In this document: positions 46,701 to 59,064 of the stretch, in pieces
Layout: every line of letters starts with the position of its first letter
Numbering within the stretch: the stretch's first letter is position 1
Origin: Selaginella moellendorffii
Taxonomy: Eukaryota > Plantae > Lycopodiophyta
NCBI RefSeq assembly: GCF_000143415.4
Contig: NW_003314336.1
Location: 782,853-846,852 of the forward strand
Reading direction: 5' to 3'
Length of the DNA: 64,000 nucleotides
Program-made: the position numbers and the translations under genes
The notes under the pieces: generated by a model
Told to the model about the DNA's origin: nothing
Database searches by the model: none
What the model saw: the letters and a program-made list of their open reading frames with translations, nothing else

Positions 46701-49700
46701 CGGCAAAGTACGCCTTCTTCTTTTGCGTGGGAATAAACTGGACCTGGCCAGACATAGAAAAGCTAAGATTTTTGTTTAACAGGAAGAAACCTTGTACACA
46801 AACCTTTAGATCGACATATTTGTGGGCCTCAATCACTCCCGTCTCCGGTTCACAGGTGAAAGCGGTAGAGTCGTGAATATCACAGCTGCCTAGATCCGGT
46901 TTAGCTGCAGTCCAGATGCAAGGCACTTCGCCTCTACTGAAAAGCCGGAGATACAAAATCTGTAGCAGTCACAAGTTCGTCAGCTTAGAAGATAAGTGAT
47001 CCGTGCTTACTTTACACTGGCCAAACTGAACCGCGCCGAAGTCAAGGTGTTCATGGGATACCTCCAGAACAGGTTTGCTTACATGCGCCGTGAATGCCAA
47101 CACCAGTTGAGGGCCCTGCACGTTTGACAAGAGCAAATAATCTGCATGACACTCTCGGTGAACCAGGATGGCTTACCTCTTTAATGAAAAGTGGCACGGA
47201 GCACTCAAGTGGGCCAGCTGGAAATCTAGGCAAGTCCGTTCGCATTTTGAAGACCAAATCCATTGAACTCTTTGGAGAGTCCGGGGGTAGCGTTATCAGG
47301 CGATCGGGATCCAACGTGATGCCTTTGGCTTTGACACTTGCCATGTTTATTTTGAACGTCACTGGCAAAGGCCCGTCATTTGTAGCCTTCACAGTCTTCT
47401 GCGTTGTTTCACCAAGTGTCACGTTCTCGAAGTCGCAAATGTGCGTGTTCAAGACAAACTTATGGATATCCAGAGTCTCTTTGTTTTCATGAATGAGGTG
47501 TTCCTTGAAAAGAAGACGGTCAATCTCAGAATCCACTTGGTCGATTGAAGGTGCACGTAAAACCTCCGATCCAAAAGACAGCACCTCGTTTCCTGTCTGT
47601 AACGGAAAGGAGGAAAATAAAAAACAAAGCAACAACTTAATTGTTTAAAACTTACTGTTTCCAGCACCCATTCGTCTCCTACAGTTCCCGTAGTAGTCGG
47701 AGCTGTACCGACTTCCCTCACGACTGACACTTGCTCGCCTCCAGGATGTTGAGCTTCCACTAGAGGTGGTCCTTGGTGGTCATTTATAGCGGTTGTAGAC
47801 ATTCTGACCGAATTGGAACGGGCAGAAACTACTGGAGTAGTCTTCATGGCCATATACGCATTATGAAACGCTTCCGCTGCTAAGCTCAAATATTTGTGGC
47901 TTCTAACCCGTGTTGTATCCAGAAGGATATGAGGAAAGGCGCCAGAGCCTAGAATAGAGATAGTAGTGGGTACGAAATGTGCAACCTGTCAAGCATGTTT
48001 AGCTGCATGAAGCTCAGCAAAAAGATACAGACCTGAATGGTGAAACTGTCCATAAACTTTTCAGGAAGCCCAGGATAAACAGATGCAGCAAACTTCTGCT
48101 CTGTACCTGGTCCCAACAGGCCAGTCATGGGAGTCACTTCTCTTAGAACATCCCCTTTCAAAACACCCAAATCGATCTCAAACTTAAATGGTACCTTCCC
48201 TGGATTTGATAACGTAAACTCCTTGGTTGAGGCCTTATTGAAAGGCTGGACATTATAATCTAGAGCCACGCGACTGAGAGCATGCGCGATGGTTCCTGAC
48301 TCGGCGCTTAATGCGACAATGTAGTCCGGGCCGCCTTTCACCTGGACTCAACTCACGTCAGTAAAACGTTGCAGCCCATGGAAAAATACCTCGCATATAG
48401 CCGACACTTGACATTGATATCCACAATGCCCATAGTAAGACACCTCCACTGTTTCTTGCTCCCCTGGTTCAAGGTACCCTCTCACAGGAAGAATATCAAA
48501 AATGTAATTTGTAGGAATTTTGAGGCCCCCGCTATCCTGGAGTATATTTTGAGAGACATGAATACCGTCACCATACCCGTCATCAAGCATCCAGCTGTAC
48601 CACACGTCAAGGGCGCTCGAGTTTTTGAGCTCAATGTGCATCCTCTTGTATGTTAACTCCAAGATGCACCTAGCGGACAGCACATGTTTAATCGAACAGT
48701 GGAAGAGCAATAATGCTTACCCGAAATCCAGACTGCTCTGGTTCACAGAGAGGTTGGGATAGTTGATATGTGCTATCAAATCGATACCGTTCCTTTCCAA
48801 GGTACCCGTGTAGAGGATATCCAATTTACCATAAAGCACAGTGCTGTGCCTTTCTGCAATGTCTTGCTTCTCAAGTGAGACCACAACACTGCCGGAGCCA
48901 CCCGCTCGTAGAGTCCATTCCGCCTGGTTGATTGAAAAAGGAGGCTTCACTGCTAGGGAGAACGTAAGAGGCAACTTGGAAACGTTCTCACAAGTCAAGG
49001 TCCTGCTGAGCTCGTGAGGACCGTCCTTTCCCCAACCATTGTTCTGAACAAACTTCAGCGTAGTTTCAGAAAATACGAGTGTCAATGCGGCCATGTCCGC
49101 ATCCACCGAAATCTTGAGGTAGTACATGTCTTTTGCGCTGGTGACTTTGCACGTAAAATCCTCTTGGATATGGCCTGGATTTGTGGTGTATCCTGAGACA
49201 GTGAGCGAGAACGGCGAGTATTGCTTGATGACTGTCTTGTCGGGTGTGATAGTAAAGACGGGTACAGGTTCTGGGACGACCAGAGCGGTCTTTTTGTTGC
49301 CCGATTTTTTCTGGTCAGCTGCCTCCATTGCCAAGGATTTGTTGATAGCCCTTTGCTTCCTGGTGGTGTCGTTATCCCAAGCCAGCGTCTGTGGCTTTCT
49401 GCCCATGTTTTGTACCTCAATGGTGTAGGAGAAATGCCGTAGCGTGAATTGATCACCAAAGTGAACAAAACCTTCTTGAAACTCTTTGCAAACTAAAGTC
49501 GAGCCAACTCCTACAGCCGACAGCGGAATGAACAACTCGCCACCTTCGAAAAGTATTGTCACCTTGTCATTGAATTTGCCTGCATCATCCATATAGGCCC
49601 GGACCTGTTATAGGGGATTAAGTAGTAGAAAAGTCATATGCAACAAGTTACCTTCAACTCCACAGCTTCAAAAGGGTCCAGAGGCACGTCGCTGAGATTC

Positions 49701-52700
49701 AAGTGGTACATGGAATCCTTTTTCCCAAGAGAAATCTTGAGCGGTGCACGAATACAACACGCATTTCTTAAGACGACACTGAGATGATGATCTCTGAGAA
49801 CCTGAACTTTCCCAAAATCAAGAGCAGGTACCCACTCGGTATCTGCCTCTTCTGTCTGCTGCCGTGCTGAATGGAGCTTTTTGCTAATTGGTTTTTCAAT
49901 CTTAATTATGGGCCCAACCGAGGTTGCCAGGACTTTGATTAGATAATGAGTATACTCTTTCCCGGATATGCTGACGATTGCAGAAAGACTAACGTCACCA
50001 AGAGCCACAGTTGATAGTGTAAACTCCAGCGGTAAGCTCGAGCCAGCCTCTATAAAACCACTCTCAGCTTTCAGCCGCAAGATAGCAAGATTCTCCGTTT
50101 CCTTTTCTTGTGCTTGGATTTCATATCTCGCGGGCACCAGGGAATCGTTTATCAAGCTCAATGTTTTGGTGTAGCCATAACGCAGAAAGCACGTTCCATA
50201 ATCCAAGCAATCGCATGATATAGTGACCTGCGGCGAGCTTGTCAAAACATGACAAGACGCAGACTTCTCACCGTTGGAACTAAACATCTTGCTTGCACAG
50301 GAATCGTTGCAAAATCTTTGCCAACTTTGGGTATATCTAGGCTTATCACTGTGGCATATCTTCTCTCCTCCCATGGAACCAATTCAATAGAAACGATTTT
50401 CTTTTCCTGCACGGAGAAAAGAACAGTATCAACAGAAGAAAGTAAATTAAAATGCACACCTCAGGCCCCAGTATAAAATAACATGGCGTCACTGTGAACT
50501 CTTGTGACCCACTCTCAGGTTGTAGAACCCGGAACTGGAAAGGTAAAGAAACCGGACTGCTGTTGGTCACAGTAACGTACCTTACGGACAGCAAACCGTA
50601 CGAAAGAGGACCGAAGTCTAGTTCAGTCGTGTCGACAGAAAATGAGGGCCGAATAATACTTCCTCTGAATGCCAGTGACAGCGTGTGGATTGAGTCTGTA
50701 ACCTCCCACAAAAACTTTTCGCTGAAAGTTCCCATGAGGCTGCCACAAACTTTGACTGTGATTGCCAAAAAGTCATTAGGCTCAACGGTCCCGGTATCGG
50801 GCTCAAAGGTAAAGGTTATCATAGGAGATGACAGTGCCTCCATCAGCCTAAAGTGAGCCTGCACGTGATTTTATCAGCTTTAATTCGCGTTACAAAGACA
50901 GAAATCTTACATCCAGCTCCCCAAGGTTCTCAAGAGCAACACTGAACTTGTTGACGGAATATAAACAGAGCTCTCCCAGATCAAGCTCACAGGGCGAAAA
51001 CTGTGCGAGCGGACCCACGCCTAGCCCTTGTAGCTGCAGCGGTACTGCATCTGATTTTCCTGAGATAAGGCAATACGTTGTGCTCAAGTACCTGCACGAT
51101 CGGCATGAGTAAAATAAAGCAATTGCAGATTAGCTGCAATTCACCGTAGAGGTTTCGGAGGACAAAAGGTCACCGTGATCTCTACAAGCGTCCCAGGCCA
51201 TACTTCGCCTTTGGCTGGTGTTATGGTAAACGCCTGCCTTGAAACAGGAACGCAGTAAGAATTAGTGCAAAGACATAAGCGTAAAGGTACCTTATCTATA
51301 CTGGACGACAGAAGCTCATCCTCCTCCGACGTGACAAGTGCATCTGGTGGCGGTAGATCCCTTGCATAGTCTCCAACCTGCTGAACGTATTCGTCCAGTT
51401 CTTCTTTAGAAGCAAACCTACGAGAAGGGTATTATAGATGACCGCAGCTCTCGAAGCCCCTCTTTATCACCTTTATAAATGTTGTTTTCAAACAATGGAC
51501 GTACTTGGGCCACAAGAAATAAGCGAGAGAAGAGGAGTTGTTGAAAACTTGAAAAGTGACATGCGAAGTTCGCCTGATATACGTCGTAGATGCTGCGATC
51601 ACACCTGTGGAGAGGCCAACGTTTAACTGCCCAAAACACAGCACGGTAAGTCGCGGGGGCTACTAGAAAATTGAACAGAACAGACCTCCGTGCCAGCTCC
51701 AATTAGCCGCGAGACAAGCTGGTCGCCATTCTCCTTGAAGGTAATTTCTAGCTCTCCTTCATAAGTGCATACTCGCCGAGGGAAAAAATAGACGCAGCAC
51801 TGAAAGAATTCTCCCGGATCAAGGTTATGTGTGGGTGGTGAGACCCTGAAAAACTCGCTTGTCCTGAGTCGGAAAACAGCCTTCTTCTTTCCCACATTAT
51901 GTATCATAACGTTCTACACTCAAAAACGATTCCTTGTGAGCATCTACGCGTGAAAGTGGGAGCAAACCTTTTTATAGGAACATTTTGCAGGTGTGGGAGG
52001 AAAAATGATCTCATCTGGAACGTCCACCATGGCTGCGAACACAAACAAAATAGAGGCAAGAACAGTTGATTGAATGCCTTACGTTTCAAGCCGACGCATC
52101 TGACAGGAATCACAAACTTCTCTCTATCAGTCACGGCCAGAAGCTCCGACATGTAGTCCCCGTCACTTTCCGGGACGAAAGCTATTGTGTAGGAGACCTG
52201 TAGGAACAACGAAATGAAAGATGCAGGAGGAAGAGAAGAGTTTGTGGTATACCTCCATCCCGCACGCCACTTTGCTGGAGCCAATCTCCGAGTAGACAGC
52301 CTGATCCCCACTTTGCAGCAACTCTACTGTCAGGAGGGGATCCTCGGACAACAACTGGACTCTTCGCACCACCTGATTAAGAAAACAGTAAGAAGAAGAG
52401 AAAGCGGGGTGTAAGTACCTTATCATTGTTACGCAGCTGAAGAACAGTGGCATATTTCTTGAAGGCATGGTAACCAGTAAAAACCACCTCCGGTGGGAAG
52501 GGCTGGAACAGTGGCTCGTCTTCCGGTACCGAGGAGACGATCTAGCAAGAGTTTCCAGACTGAAGAAAAAGGATTCGCCCGCTGGTGCTTACTTGGTGGC
52601 GCTGCTCGGCAAAGTTGTGCTTGTTGACAATGCAGGGCTTTGGACGGATAACTCCATCTCGCTGAGCAAGAGGCGGATCCAGCGCTTCTCGAATGTGTTG

Positions 52701-52870
52701 GCTGGGGCGCTTCTGGAGAGAGGAGCGTAAGTTACAAGTTACAGGTGCGCGGGGAAAAATACCTTGACGCTGGGAGGCGGCGGCTGATCCCCATAAGCCT
52801 TGTATTTGATGGTGAAATGCGAGGTGCGCGCTCCTGCAATGCCACTGGTGCTCTCGTTGTTGTTCTTCAT
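37712..52870 (-). CDS. HYDIN: Hydin, axonemal central-pair protein (roughly 4,500 aa, about 26 exons)
   Basis: N-terminal LFQPFPSEVVF..LRNNDK and TDREKFVIPV, many ASH/PapD-like Ig repeats (xDFGx..xxNxG), adenylate-kinase-like GPPAVGKST, RPWCHFEL, and a WSFYLQA end. Start MKNNNEST inferred from the phase of intron 52713-52762. Last exon 37712-43627. Confidence 0.93.
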
Positions 52871-52923
52871 CTTTGCGGGGGCTAGCTAGGGCAAAATGTC
52901 CAAGCCCTAGAAAGTGAGAAGGC

Positions 52924-54234
52924 ATGAGCTTCGTGCGGCGTCGAGGAGTGGGGGCACCGCCACCGCCACCGCCATCGCCATCGCCGTCTCCCCCATCGCC
53001 ATCGTCGTCTTCCCCATCGCCATCGCCGCCGCCGCCACCGCCGCCGCCGCCATCGCGCCCAGCAGTCACCAAGGCTGGGCCAAATGCCACACTGCTGGTG
53101 TCCACAGGAGTGGCGGACCTGGACAATATCCTCCCTCGCGCACCATCCATGAAAGTATCTCCTTGTCTCCCTTGACACGCTTGTTGACAGCTTATAGGTG
53201 GCGGCATTGGCATGGGCAAGTTGGTGGTGGTGATGGAAGACACACACGCTCCTCACCACCTGGTGTTGTTGCGCTACTTCATGGCCCAAGCCGTCAGCCA
53301 CGGCCAGCCCCTCCTCTTGGCCACCGCTCTTGCGTCGCCCACGCATTTCCTCTCCACTCTCCCGGCTCCCTCCGCCAGCGCGGGCCAGTTCCACAACGAG
53401 TAAGAACTCCTTTTGTCCCTGTTTCCTCACTTTCCTTGTCCAGGGCGGGGCTGAGGATCGCTTGGCAGTACCACAAATACGATCAGGGCCAAAGCCAGCA
53501 GGGGCAGGACGGCTATGTGTCTAGCTTTGACATGAGGAAGTCGTGCACGCCAGGTCGCGTGCAGTGCCATAGCTTCTCAGGGGCCAAGGTGGACTCTTTC
53601 CTCAAGCAGTGCAGGGGGTTTGTGAGCAGCCTGGCATCCAGTGGAGAGATTGGTCGCATCGCACTTCACTCCATCTGCGCCCCTCAGTGCATGGAATTTT
53701 GCTCGGTGAGTTTGGTTGCGGCTAAGCGTGTGTTTGATAACGTTTGCAGGAGTGGGAGCTACTCTCCAGTCTGCTCTACCTCAAGGCCTTGCTCCTCAAC
53801 GCCAATGCAGTCGCCCTGGTGACGCTCCCAGCATCGCTTCTCGCTGCCTCCTCGTCTAAGCGCTGGCAACACCTGGCTGACATCCTTCTGTCCGTCAAAG
53901 CATTGCCCGGTAAAACTCCCGCTCCATACTTGGACAACCTTATCACCCATGTTGCACTGCAGAGGAGGAGCAAACGCTTGTGGATCGCCAGGCGCTGGGC
54001 CTGCTGCACGTTCATAAGCTGTGCACGTACAACACCCAGGTTCGTCCGCTTCGAGTTTGGCGTCGTCAAAACAGCAATCAAAATCGTTTCCAAAATGAAT
54101 GACAGGTGCCTGCCATCCCCGAAACTGCTGCCTATGCCATCAAGGTTGTCAAGAAACGAGAGCTTGTCTTGGAGCAGCTCGAACTGGCCCCTCTGGCTGG
54201 CGCCCAAGGTTGCTCCGCAAGTGCAAACTTTTGA
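52924..54234 (+). CDS. ELP4: Elongator complex protein 4 (PAXNEB), 6 exons
   Basis: KAGPNATLLVSTGVADLDKLIGGG..VMEDTHAPHHLVLLRYFMAQ, LRIAWQY, GRIALHSICAPQC and RWQHLADILLSV. TGA stop at 54232-54234. Confidence 0.93.
53126..53188 (+). other. U12-type AT-AC intron in ELP4
   Basis: Donor ATATCCT, branch site TCCCTTGAC (53168-53176), AC acceptor. Removal restores DLDKLIGGG in frame and removes an in-frame TGA. Confidence 0.88.
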
Positions 54235-54238
54235 GGGG

Positions 54239-57200
54239 TTATGAGTCGTCATGCGTCGAAGCTTGAGGTTTTATATCGGGATCAAGTTGTAGGATGCCGC
54301 CAAGCTGTAGATAAGGATTCTCCAGTAGCTTCTCATCATTATTCTGATCACAAAAGAAGCCAGTTTACATAATCTGCAGAGATTGCGACGGCAGACCTGC
54401 TGAGCTTTGAAAACAAGGTTGTGCAGCACGCGTTGATAGTTGTCAGCATCCTCAACCATCATCCTCTGCATGCAAAGAACGAGTCAGAGGATAATCAGCC
54501 CAGCCAGCAAGCACTTGCCTTGATGAGAAAGGAAGCAGTGAAGTAGGCAACGCGCGCGTCCCTGTCGTCGAGTAACGACCTGTTTTCCAACCGAGACAAC
54601 GTCAGCTGCTCACGCACCAAAGCGCAGCACGAGGAAGCTACCTGAAAAACTCCTCGCCACCAACTTCGTCCAATGCAGCCTGCTCAACCGTGCATTTTCC
54701 AACCAGTAGCAACAAAAGTGCTGCTCGGACATCCGAAGCACAACCGGGAACGTTTCCACCGCCTTTACTCCCAACGGCGATGGCGAGAGTCATGTCGTCC
54801 ACAGTGGCTCCAGCCAGCTGCATCAGAGGCCAGTAAAACAGGGCCGTTGGCATCTTGGTCAGCAGGTGCTCAGGTGCCGCAGCTTCATCCCTCAGAAATA
54901 GAGATGCTATCGAGCTAACCACCACTGTATCCCTGACGCTCTCGTTGTGCTCTTTCTTGTCGTCGTCGTCGTGTTTCCCCGCAGACGGCCCCGACCTGAC
55001 GCATATTTGGGAGAGCAGCAGGTTGCACATCTGTAAATCACAAGAGGGTGAGAACAAAAGACGTGAGCTATCACAAACTCTACCTGTAAAACGTTAATAC
55101 GGTTTGTGTCGTTTGCAGTGATAAACTGCCAAAGGGAGCTACTCATGAGCCACACCAAGGTACTGGGAAGGCTGTCGGGAAAACTTTCAGTGTCGTCTGC
55201 ACGCCCCCGTCTCTGGCACTGCGACAGGAAGTGCTCCAATACGATCAGAAAACCTTGCCTGACATAATGCCTCCTTGATTTCAACAGTCCAAAAAGTAGA
55301 TGGGCCGCTGACGTTTTGCTCTCAGGGGGATCAACCTTCGCCTGCTCCAGAATTGTGAGCATGCAGTTGCTGTGGGAAGCGTCTTTCCGTCCATGCAAGC
55401 ATTCCACTTCTGTTACGAGGAGCTGGTTGAGCCACGAGTAACCGTGGTGGCGGTAATCGGATCGCGAGGAATGGAGCAACGCATGCAGGATGGCCCAGGC
55501 TCTTGCTTCCAGATAAGAAACAGGAGGGCCATCCTCACGTGACTCGTCAGCGAGGATAAGGGACACCATCTCCCCGAACTCTCCGTCCAAAGTACCATAT
55601 TTGTCAACTAAAGTGTCGATTGATTTCGCTACTTGTTCCAAGACCTGCGTGATAAGCACGAGGCAAATTAAGAAGAACAAAGAATTGGCACTAAAATACC
55701 ATCGCATTAAGCCGTCCGTTGGCTAGATCCCTGTCTAGTGCCTTTACGATAGATTTACACAATCGTCCGCCGACGCCGTTTAATCGTTGCCTGAACGCAA
55801 TGCTCAGCGAATCCGGCGCACCGGCAAGAACAAGAGCCGTCGCAATTGCCTGCACTTCATCCTGACTGGGAAATTTCTTTCCCGAAACGTCAGCCTTGCT
55901 GCGCAGCTCACATAATAGATACTCAAAAATGATGGCAAAGAGGTTTCTCTTGGCAGCGGGGCTACTCACTAACGAATACTACATACACAGAAACAGAACA
56001 AGTAAGCGGTCAATATTCACGTGCTCAGAATTTTACCTCTTTGCAAATCAGTTCGACGCCACCAATGGCTTCCAGCCTGTTAATATCAAAAACTGCATTC
56101 CCATCTTGAGAGCTATCTGTAGGTTTCGCACCGTACAGCATATTGCACAGCATGCAGATCAGTCGACAATGAATTTCTTCGGCCCACGCATTGTCTCGGC
56201 TGATTTCCAGCAAAGTCCTCAGGATCTGAAATGGTAACAAGCCAGTTAGAGCACCAGTACAAACCAGATAATATTACCCGGATATCCAGGTTCTCCAGCC
56301 GCTCTCTTCTGATACGGCCCCGGTCGCAAACCAAATACAACAGAGCGCTCATAGAGGCAGCCCAAATAGATTCTTCTTTTTCTTCCAGCTGACAGAACAG
56401 AATGAGAAAAATAGAGAGGACAAAGTTTTACCTGGAGTAGAAAGAGCATCATCTCGCAGAGAATGATAAGGAGCCACGCCTCGAATTCCTCTACGCCACG
56501 AGGTCTTCCGTGCTTAACATCCTCCGTTGTCCCTGTCGGAAAACCGTCTTGGTCATCACTTTGCACTGGTTCAAGAAGGTGCGCATGGACTCCCAGGTTA
56601 AATACAAGGTCGAAAGCACGAACCCGAACAGTCACAGGACCCGAACTTAGCATCACCTGAGAAAACACAGCAAAAAGTAAAATAAGGAAGGAGACAATAT
56701 AATGGTAAGAAGAGAGATACTTGGAGAACTGAAAGCGTCAAAGGCGCCGCTGTCCTAGCATCGGCAAGATACCTGCACGGCACAAAATATTGGTCTATGG
56801 GGCAAGCGGGAGTACACCACCACTCACATGTCAATTATAAGCTTGATCAGAACGCTCCCTGCAACATTTGCTGTATCGCCACTCCGGCTGCTTGGCAGGG
56901 ACGGAGCTAAGGCCAAAGTGGGGCTACTTGCTTCAGCGCAAACCGCAGCAATAACTTCCTCGATATCAGCATCGCTCAAGCGCAAAGGTTGCTGTTTACT
57001 ATCAGCCGGGCAGGTCACCAGGAAAACACTTTCGGAAGACGCTCAACATTTAACTCGCATTTACCTATAGCATCTGTACTGGAAGAGAGGACGCGGACGC
57101 TTCCGCATGGTAGTCGAAGGTTCACCACCCCTGAGAATGAGCTGTAAGAGGCATGATCACATGAAGCAATGACGAGCATACCAACGAGTAACGGGCTGAC

Positions 57201-58529
57201 GCTTGGAAGCAGCAACATCCCGCAGATGCGACTTCACTGCTGCCGAGTCCCCTATGGCCGCTGCTGTAGATGCACGCAGAAGCTGGTCGAGCCTAGATTC
57301 CTCAGTGCTGCCAGCAGTGGTGGTGGTGCGTTTGAGCCAGAGAACGCCAATGCCTTGTTCCAGATTGTCCACATTATCCACATTTGGCCTCGCAATGCCA
57401 CCGCTGCCTTTGCCATGCACGGCGGTGAGTACCAGCACACAAGTGAGTAGAGAAGTCCTACCTGTCTGTCATAACCGGTGAAGGCATCCAGAGCTGGCTT
57501 CCCTTTGGCAGGATCCAACGCCACTTGAGCACATCGGCGGCCATGTAGACGCCGTTGTCGTCGTGGATGGTGGCTAGAGCGAGCATGGGCCTTGCGAACT
57601 CCTTGTCATCCGTAAGAGGCGGCTGGAAGTGCGCAGTGAGCAGCCTGCTGCGCGGAGAGGGCGGAACGGGCTGGAGCTTGAGAGAAGGTGACGAGGCCGA
57701 GTGCTGGCGCAAGGAGAACCCGGGAAGGTGGCGCGCGACAACGGCACGCACGTACGTAAGTGACTTGAGGAGAGGTTCCGACGCGAAGACGGACGGCGTG
57801 GAGGGGGGCGGCAGTGGCGAAGGTCCAGGGGAGCACGACGTGGCCCTGGTGGCGGCTCGCTTCCCTGACGCAGCATTACACTCGTTGATGAGAGACGCAC
57901 AGAAGGAATCAATTTGCTGGAGCGTAGTTATGGGAGGGACATATCTGTGTTGGAAAGCAATGTGAGAAAAGCAAAGAGCAAGCACCGAGGGCGCGTCTAC
58001 CTGAAGAGATATCGCTTGAGCAACGCCACACACTTGATCACCACTGGAGGGCTGGCGGACAAAACAAAAGCACACCAACTAGTAAGTATTGAGAGCAGTG
58101 AGTGAGTAAACAGAGACCTCCGATCCCTCTCGGCGAGTGCGTGCTCCAAGAGGACAATGTAGGCGAAGTGAATGGTGGAGGGATTGGCGAGGTAGTCCTG
58201 GTGGTGACCAACACAAGCTTATTGCATCATCAAAGACCATAATCAACCTGGAGCGTTCGAACGGGCTCGGAGGTGAGCGGGGGGAGCGAGGCGTGATGCG
58301 ATGCTGACAGACAATCGGCAACGGCTCGTCGAAGCGGCTCCGGAGCCTTCCTCTGGTGCTGATGCTGCTGCTGCTGACGCCCCCGCACCATCTGTGGCTG
58401 CTGCTGCTGCTGCTGCTGCTGCTGCCTGAGCTGCGGGGATCCACCCGACAGCATCATATGAAGCCGGCTGCCCGACCTGGGCTGCCGTGGCGATGGAGAT
58501 CCTCCTCCGTCGTCCCTCATCTTTGACAT
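54239..58529 (-). CDS. CLoG1: Conserved plant protein of the CLoG1 (conditional loss of growth 1) / AT3G12590-like family, multi-exon, N-terminal polyQ
   Basis: PEPLRRAVADCLS, LLEHALAERDRS, RVRAFDLVFNLGVHAHLLEP, ALFYWPLMQLAGA, VGGEEFFR and EKLLENPYLQ match the recalled family sequence. Stop at 54239-54241. Confidence 0.8.
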
Positions 58530-58633
58530 GAAACCCTACTTAGCTAGCCTAGACTTAGAGAGGCGAGTGAAGTGGGTTTGATTCATCGGCGCCGGGCCAA
58601 CTAAAAAGTACAGCGAGAGAGAGAGAGAGAGAT

Positions 58634-59024
58634 CTAGCTCAATTCTGGCAGCGGGCACGCTGCCTCGAATTCCTTTTGCTTCTGCCGGCACATCTCCAAG
58701 TCCTTGGAGTAGTAGTCCATGCAGCCCGTGTACGACTCCATCTCCTTGCCACAGGTGGCATGGAGCTCCTTGATCCTGCAAGCACACAAGCACACAAGCA
58801 CAGTGGTGGTGGTGGTGGGCGAGGGGGGCGAATAGCGCTACTCACAAGCTGGAGACGCAGCCCATGACCTGGTGGCCCTCGTCCAGGCACTTCTCCGGAT
58901 CCCTCAGGCTGCGCTTGCACTCCATGAAGGCTTTGTTCTGCGCCGTGCATCGCCGGGCCACATGCCGGGCCACCGACATGAGAACCGGCGTGGTGGGCAG
59001 CGGGGGCTTGCTTCCCTGCTCCAT
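58634..59024 (-). CDS. NDUFA8: NADH dehydrogenase 1 alpha subcomplex subunit 8 (CX9C motifs), 2 exons
   Basis: LPTTPVLMSVARHVARRCTAQNKAFMECKRSLRDPEKCLDEGHQVMGCVSSL|IKELHATCGKEMESYTGCMDYY. Confidence 0.92.
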
Positions 59025-59048
59025 GCGCCCCTGTGCTATAGGTCAAGC

Positions 59049-59056
59049 TAGGGTTT
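59049..59056. promoter_or_regulatory. Telo-box (TAGGGTTT / AAACCCTA) in the NDUFA8-D27L divergent gap
   Basis: Exact motif. Another AAACCCTA at 58531-58538 lies just before the CLoG1 start; partial ones at 24254, 37641 and 52902. Confidence 0.55.
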
Positions 59057-59064
59057 TGCGCTCT

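Noticed and set aside
52542-53243. Gly/Asp-rich HYDIN N-terminus sharing a CATG start with ELP4
   Set aside because: The phase of intron 52713-52762 puts HYDIN exon 1 in another frame (ATG at 52870); this ORF is the antisense of the ELP4 Pro/Ser tract.
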